The notes under the pieces: generated by a model | Seen by the model: the letters and a program-made list of their open reading frames with translations, nothing else | Told to the model about the DNA's origin: nothing | Databases searched by the model: none | Assembly: GCF_000150275.1 (NCBI RefSeq) | Contig: NW_002060949.1 | Span: 1,857,836 to 1,921,835 of the forward strand | Origin: Trichoplax adhaerens | Taxonomy: Eukaryota > Animalia > Placozoa | Direction of reading: 5' to 3' | DNA length: 64,000 bases | Program-made: the position numbers and the translations under genes | Shown here: one piece after another, positions 56,401 to 64,000 of the stretch | Layout of the letters: each line of letters starts with the position of its first letter | Numbering within the stretch: the first letter of the stretch is position 1

Positions 56401-57074
56401 CAGCAGTGATGAAAAAGCTACGCCATGATCATCTTATCCAATTATTGGCCGTCTGCTCTGATGGCGAGCCTATACTAATCATTACAGAGTTAATGGAAAA
56501 TGGTAACTTATTAAGCTTCCTTAACACAAAAGATGGACATGCATTGACCGAAGAGTCCTTAATTAACATGGCAGCACAAGTAGCTTCTGGTATGGAGTAC
56601 TTAGAGAAAAAGAATTATATCCATCGTGATTTGGCTGCTCGTAATATTTTAGTCAATAAACATAATGTATGTAAAGTAGCAGATTTTGGTTTGGCACGTT
56701 TAGTGGATGAAGATATCTATAGTACTAAAGAAGAAACCAAAATTCCAATTCGATGGACTGCATTAGAAGCTATCCTTTATAACCGTTGTTCAATTAAATC
56801 GGATGTTTGGTCGTTTGGAGTACTGTTATTTGAAGTAATAACGAAAGGTAAAACACCATATGCTAACTTTAGCCATAAACAAGTGATTGATTATATACAA
56901 CGAGGCGAAAGAATGGATAGACCTAATTGTTGTCCAGAAGCATTATATACATTAATGCTTGCTTGTTGGAAATACGAGCCAGAAGATCGACCAACATTTG
57001 AATTTTTACATAATGCGCTTGAAAATTTTAGTTCGATGGCAGAATCAAGTTATAATGAGACTGAATTACCTTAG
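53453..57074 (+). CDS. Src-family (Frk/Src42A-like) non-receptor tyrosine kinase, copy A
   Basis: Two coding exons, 53453-53736 and 55925-57074 (phase 2). MGQNCSK myristoylation start; SH3 (GLYDY..DLSF.KGE..WW..G.VP.NYV); SH2 (GFLIR); kinase [21 protein letters not shown]; C-terminal tail Tyr (SSYNE). Confidence 0.93.
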
Positions 57075-58227
57075 CCTAAGTTATTGGATTATTTAGGATA
57101 TAAATTCATATTGATAGAGAAAACGCTAGAACATGGGATACAATTTTCGTGCTATTACAAGAGTTAGTCTACTCCATTATTATACAGTAATTTACTATAA
57201 CAGATTAATTTTTTGGACAATGATTAATCATACACATACAATGTAGCGCATAATAATACAATTGCAGCTAATATTCAGCAATTATTATTAGCTCAATACT
57301 GACTTTGAATTACATCAAACTACGTTATCTCATCTCCTAATAGGTCACTAACCAATTAATGCTCTAAATTTAGATAAATGCATAATGTGCCGGATTAAAC
57401 AACATGAGAATACATGTTGTAGTTGTTGCCAGCTATATTCAATTTTATTCTATTCAATGAATGCTTCAATAATGAAGAGACATCATATATTACCATGATA
57501 TTGCCTTGAGTTTTTAGTTTGGCTACTGTGTATATAAAAACCAACTTTGTGAGCACAGCTAAGCAATAATGAAATAATTGTAGCAAGGTAGATAACTTCA
57601 ATAACAACTAAGATTATTGGATAATCAGTTTAATCAGATATTAAAATGGATAAAATAGAAGATAACTTTTCTCGATTAGATCAATAATTGAAAAATGAAT
57701 TGAAATTTCGGTACCAAGTTTGAATCAAATTGCATTGTCTGTCATTGCTTGCGATTGAAATTAGAATAATCTTAATATTGTTGAAAAATTCGCTATTAAT
57801 GAAATAGGCTTCGGATCAAAATTTACAGCGAAATGCTTGGTGTCAATAAGAAATAAATCTTTAATAGGTTAATACGTAATGTCATGTTTTGTCTCTGTGA
57901 AGAAGAATACGCTCGCAATGGAATCAACTTTGCGGCTGGATAGTATTAACGAAATGCTTAAGAAGAACACATAAATATTCAAAATATGGTCATGATATCA
58001 TACGTTATTTCGAAAGAAGAATATACATTCAACAGATATTATTTTCTTTCGTAACTAAGCTTATGACTGAACTAACCTTACACATGTAAAAATTTTCTTT
58101 GAATCATAATCTACTAAATTCTGTAGGAAATCGATTATTTCGTCTTAAAGATGGCTGTAATCTGAAATGTTACTTTGTCAATTTGATACCGGATCGAAAT
58201 TTTCTTACTTATCAATTCTTTATTTAA

Positions 58228-58705
58228 ATTTAACGACGGTATTTTCTTCTTAGCTTCGGTTATAGCTATCCCACACTAGAGTATCTTTAGATTTGATCAA
58301 AGCTTTATCAAGTATTTAGGAAGCTTAAAGCTAACGATTCAATTCAATTTAACGACGGTATTTTCTTCTTAGCTTCGGTCATAGCTATCCCGCACTAGAA
58401 CATCTTTAGGTTTGATCGAAGCTTTGTGAAATATTTCGGAAGCTAAAAGCTAAAGATCGAATTCAGTTGAACGACGGTATTTTCGTCTTAGCTTCGGATA
58501 TTATCTTTAAATTTGATCCTTGGTTTTTATGAAATACGGTACTTAGGAACTTAAAAGCTAAAGATTGAATTCTATTTAACGACTGTATTTTCTCTTAGCT
58601 TCGGTCATATCTATCCCATACTACATTGTCTGTAGATTTGATCGAAGTTTTCCATGAAATATTCAGGAAGCTTAAAGCTAAACATCGAGTTCCATATGAC
58701 GAACA
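58228..58705. repeat. Tandem minisatellite, ~105-120-bp unit, 4 copies
   Basis: tttaacgacggtattttcttcttagcttcgg..atagctatccc..actag....atctttag.tttgatc.aagc.. recurs at ~58229, 58348, 58468 and 58575. Confidence 0.88.
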
Positions 58706-59044
58706 TTGAATTTTACGATTTACATTCTGTATTTTGGATATTTCCCATATCAGTTGATCAGTTGTTAAGATGACAAAATTGATTTTGCCTAATAGGCCGT
58801 ATCAATATGGCGGATAACACTTTTTTAATGCCTTCAAAGCGATAGTATATTCATAATTTAGCTTCCCTTAATTCTAAATAAGCGTATCACAGGTTTAGGG
58901 TTATCCTATATAGCACAACCTTGCTTGTGTAGTAATCAGGAGTAATTCCAATAATCGTACGCACAGTTATGCCAAAAGGATTTTAAAAGTATATCCCTCT
59001 TCCAACAACGTTTACTCGTAAAGCAATCTTTGAAAACTATGATT

Positions 59045-59415
59045 ATGCCTGACTCATGCAGCTATATCATCATAATTTTAAAGCATGTCTCTTCTATCAA
59101 AGCTTAATGAGATAACCACTATGATATCAGGTTCATGTATAGTTATAATATAAAAAAATTTAAAAAGCATGTCTCTTCCATCAAAGCTTAGTGCGATCGT
59201 CAATAACCATCATGATATCAGACCCATATACACTTTACAATCTATTGTACAGTTACATCATAAAGAATCTGAAAGCCCTTCTCTCTTCCATAAAAGCTTC
59301 AAAACAATCGTCGACAAACGTAATAATTAATCATATCAGATTCATGTACAGTTATATCATTGAAACTTGAAAGCATATCTCTCGTTTATTAAATCTTAAA
59401 ACAACCGTAGACATA
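59045..59415. repeat. Degenerate tandem repeat, ~90-125-bp unit, ~4 copies
   Basis: Recurrent atatcag.ttcatgta.agttata.cat....aaagcatgtctcttccatcaaagctt. Confidence 0.65.
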
Positions 59416-59931
59416 CTTGTAATGACACAATTTCATCCAAATTTTTTCGACTGCCATAGGCATGAATTATACCTGCCCAAATAAGCATTCTAAGTTTTCA
59501 TCGTGCTGACTTCTAATTTACTCCGCATTCCTAAATAGTAAGTCAATCGAAAGCGAATTTATCAGGCGAGTTCTACCTTCTCCAATAATGAACAAAAGTA
59601 CTGTACTCTTCTATCTGGCTTAAACACTACAGTTAAATATTCCAGTAGATAGTCTGTAGTACTGAATAATAATTTTGACGTAATTGCAAACATATCGGCA
59701 TACTTAAATATCATAGCAAGTTTTTTTACCGTGGCCGTAATTCTCATGTGGCTCATTCACTTCTCCTTTACGAGATAATATTGGCATATTGACAAGCACT
59801 TGGTAGTCTAGATCTCCGATAAAAGACTGTAAATAATACCGTAGAAGTAAAAGAAAAGAAAAAGCAACTTGGCAAATTTTTCGTTAAATTGGAGCATCTT
59901 GTGGCCTAATTGTCAGCTTAACTGCTAATAC

Positions 59932-62882
59932 ATGGGTGCATGTTCGTGCAAGAAAAAAAATTCTCCGATTTCGCTAAAGAGGTTGCGCTCGGCATCAGTT
60001 GAGGATGCAAAAGTAGCAGCGTCTATGCAGCGAACTATGCTATCCTCATTATCATCGGATATTTATAACGTCTTTGTTGGTTTGTATGATTATAAAGCAT
60101 TATCCCCGCAAGATTTAAGCTTTCAAAAAGGCGAGCCACTTGAGATTTTAGAAAGCGATGGCCAATGGTGGAAAGCTCGATCGTTACATACTAAACATGA
60201 AGGATATATACCATTTAACTACGTTCAATCTTCTCGAAACGATCTAGCAAATCTGTAAGTTAACTGTGCTATTTTTAGATATATAGTAAACTATCCACTC
60301 ACTTTTCCATCGGATAATTTATTCTACCTCAGTTTTGCATCTTTAACCACTTCTAATAATATCACTTTGCCATTTTAATGTGTTCATTCGAGTCAATAAG
60401 ATGAAGATATCAACTGTAGTATCGGTATTAAATTCGATGATAAAGTAGAAGATGTTTTATAATTCTCACGTCAGGAGTATTTAGCATAGGGTGGGCGCAA
60501 TGAATGTAATGACTTTTATCCATGAATGAAGTATACGAAGGTTATCATGCAATTATCTTTCTAAATGATTCGTAGCAAAATAGTTTTGCAGGGGATGAAT
60601 TTCTACTTCTTAGTGATTGTTACGGTTAGATTAAAACTATCAGCGTCTGGAAACTATAACAGTAAGCAAATTGTGCATACGTATCTACTGTACATTGTTG
60701 TTGGGTAAATCCTGAATTATCTCTTGATCCTGTAGCTACACATACTATAGAAATAAAAATCGTCCAAAAACTAGCTATACTATCCACTCTTTGAATAAAT
60801 GATTTATCCCTTAAGTTAATTAGATAGCTATTAATTTTATGGCTTAAGCTATTCACTGACCAATACTTAAATTAGTATTCTTGCCGAATACATTATACTT
60901 CGAAAGTTTAGCAAGGTAGAAAATGATGATATTGAAATAACATTAGAAATCGTCGATCCTTTTTAGAACATGCAATATAACCTAAAGACATAATATGCAT
61001 ATATGGAATCACTCAGTAGAGAAATTCTCTAAACAAAAGACAACTATTTCGCAGTAACATCCTGTACTTTTGCTATAGCTCAAAGGAAAATCTAGGATAT
61101 TTTCATCTCTCATGAAGAAAATTTCGCTACTGATTTTTGGATAGACTGATAACTTCACTGTTACAGCAGAAATGATACAATTCGAGGAAAAGCATTTGCT
61201 TGACTAAAATGATTTCGTCATGTTCAATAGGATATGAACAACTGTCTTTATTTATATCATAAGTATGAATTCTTTTATATAGACTTTCCATTCAATCTTG
61301 TGGTAGAGCTAGTTTCGTTCTAATGGACTATGAACTGGCTATCCCTCTCTTATTTACTTTTATTAAGAATCATACATCCTTATACCAACATACGCACACG
61401 CCTATGGGCTCAGTTATTTTTACCCTAAATCTCTTTGCGATAGTATCCAATAATTCTAATTGATAGATCAACTGTCTATCCTCACGTATCACTAATTTGC
61501 ATTGCAAAACATTAATTTTTCTATTGCTCTTAATCGATATTTCGTAAATACCATACCTTTCGTTCATCTTATTGACTAGACTATTTTTTATCTCTTCCTC
61601 TTAATCATCAATATAATCATGCAGCAAATGATTACGAATCTTGCATTACTGACGATGAAAGTATAACTTGCAATTTATTAATTTCAGTTGGTTCTTTCCT
61701 GAAATGAAACGCAATACTGCCGAAATTCGTTTAATGCAATGCGATGTTAAACGTGGAGGCTTCTTAATTCGCCCTTGTGAAAACCAACCAAATCAATACG
61801 CCTTATCTATCCGCGCTGGTAATGTTATCAAACATTATCGTATTCGTAAATTCGATTTTGGTGGTTATTATATCAGTTTGCAATTGCAGTTTAAGACGCT
61901 GATTGAATTAGTTGAATTCTATCAACGAGGTGCGAATGGATTATACTGTCGATTAGGAAATCCTTGTCTGCGAGCGGTTAATTCAACGCTGGAGCAAGCC
62001 TCGGATCATATCATAGAGTTAGATGCTACTCCCCAGACGTCTGAGCCGGATATTTGGGAAGTACCGCGAAATTCTATCAAGTTAACTAAAAAATTAGGGG
62101 CTGGCAACTTCGGTGAAGTTTGGTCTGGTAAATGGAATGGTACTACGGATGTTGCAGTCAAACAAATGAAAGTGGGTGCAATGAAAAGGACTGCTTTTTT
62201 ACGTGAGGCAGCAGTGATGAAAAAGCTACGCCATGATCATCTTATCCAATTATTGGCCGTCTGCTCTGATGGCGAGCCTATACTAATCATTACAGAGTTA
62301 ATGGAAAATGGTAACTTATTAAGCTTCCTTAACACAAAAGATGGACATGCATTGACCGAAGAGTCCTTAATTAACATGGCAGCACAAGTAGCTTCTGGTA
62401 TGGAGTACTTAGAGAAAAAGAATTATATCCATCGTGATTTGGCTGCTCGTAATATTTTAGTCAATAAACATAATGTATGTAAAGTAGCAGATTTTGGTTT
62501 GGCACGTTTAGTGGATGAAGATATCTACAGTACTAAAGAAGAAACTAAAATTCCAATTCGATGGACTGCATTAGAAGCTATCCTTTATAACCGTTGTTCA
62601 ATTAAATCGGATGTTTGGTCGTTTGGAGTACTGTTATTTGAAGTAATAACGAAAGGTAAAACACCATATGCTAACTTTAGCCATAAACAAGTGATTGATT
62701 ATATACAACGAGGCGAAAGAATGGATAGACCTAATTGTTGTCCAGAAGCATTGTATACATTAATGCTTACTTGTTGGAAATACGAGCCCGAAGATCGACC
62801 AACATTTGAATTTTTACATAATGCGCTTGAAAATTTTAGTTCGATGGCAGAATCTAATTACGATGAGACTAATTTGCCTTAG
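59932..62882 (+). CDS. Src-family (Frk/Src42A-like) non-receptor tyrosine kinase, copy B
   Basis: Exons 59932-60254 and 61688-62882, with the same intron position and phase as copy [10 protein letters not shown] start, SH3-SH2-kinase and tail Tyr (SNYDE). Confidence 0.93.
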
Positions 62883-64000
62883 TCCACTGCTATTATTTAT
62901 GCAGGACGCGATTTACTATGACGGATTAATTTCTTTTACAAGAATTAATCATATAATTTACTGATAGACCTTTATACATTTGATACTCTAAACCTAGACA
63001 CTTGTATAATATGTCCGATTAGCTATTCTTAAACAACACGAGTATGCATACATGTTGTAGCTATTGCCAACTATATTCCATTTATTCTATTCAATGGATG
63101 TTTCAACTTCAGCAAAGGTCACAGTATATTATTACATAGTCTGTTAAATCAATAGGCTAATAAAAGTGATAAAATACTCTGTTCAAGACAAAACTTCTCC
63201 GTTACTTTAAGGATTGAAAATTGACTTAAAATTTAAGTGCCAAGTTTAAATCAAATCGTATTGCCTATCACTGCTTATGATTGAAACTAGAGTAATCTTA
63301 GTTTAATTGAAAAATTCGTTATAAGTAAATGTTCTTACCATCTAATTTACATCCAAGTAATAAGGAAATGCTTGACATCGATAAGAATTCAAATGAATTG
63401 CTTAAAATATAAATAACGTAATGTTTTATTCTATAAATAGAAGTATATATTTAACGGATAATGATTCTTTTCCTAATAGTATCCACGACTGCAATAATAT
63501 TATACCCATAGAGGTAAAGGCTTTTTCTTTTTACCGCTATGGTTGTACTGCTAAAAATTTCCTTGAAATCATTTCCGTACAAAAATACTTATGACATTGG
63601 ATTGCTATTTTATTCTTAGTAGTAGCTATACATTTAGGACGTACCTTGTCATTTTCGTAACCGATTAAAGCTCTTTCTAAAAATATCATTCAGCAATATT
63701 GCTTAAGTCAAGCTTTTTTGACACAATGAAGGAATAAAACATTAGAGTATGCGGGTATTAATGATAACCGCAATGCTACTACACCTTTTGGCATATAGAA
63801 TTCGTTTCATGATATCACCTACGATTATTCACTGGTAGTTTATCTAACAACTTACCCCATCGCAATTAAGATATTCACTATACAGAGATCGAACAGCAAT
63901 AAGTCAAATTCTTTAAAGGTTCATTTTATTTTGGAATGATGTTGATTAACTTATAGTAAATTTAAATATGCTCTTTTTGCACGATATAAAATCTCCGTAC

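Noticed and set aside
1-64000. tRNA, rRNA or snRNA genes
   Set aside because: None recognised by eye; a covariance-model scan would be needed to exclude small ncRNAs.

Overview
AT-rich, compact, intron-rich eukaryotic (animal) DNA. Short GT-AG introns and the gene content suggest an early-branching metazoan such as a placozoan, which is inference only. Genes reconstructed by hand from splice sites: (1) a 9-exon orphan type-I receptor (signal peptide, Ig, 3xFN3, TM, Tyr-rich tail; 14257-20134 +); (2) NSMCE1/Nse1 (24607-27009 +), not recognisable in the ORF track; (3) Nup153 (28149-35236 -); (4) a decayed BED-finger hAT transposase (38583-40763 +); (5) CC2D1/Lgd with five DM14 repeats (44498-51913 +); (6,7) two tandem Src/Frk-like kinases (53453-57074 and 59932-62882 +). 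The window also holds several minisatellite arrays and a ~1.1-1.3 kb duplication around an assembly gap. The main candidate system is the kinase-less receptor, whose tail carries an exact Src-SH3 ligand (RPLPPLP) next to a p130Cas-type YDYV SH2 site. It lies ~33 kb from two Src-family paralogues with a nearly identical catalytic domain but diverged lipid-anchor, SH3/SH2 and linker regions. All homology calls come from recalled motifs; no database search was run.
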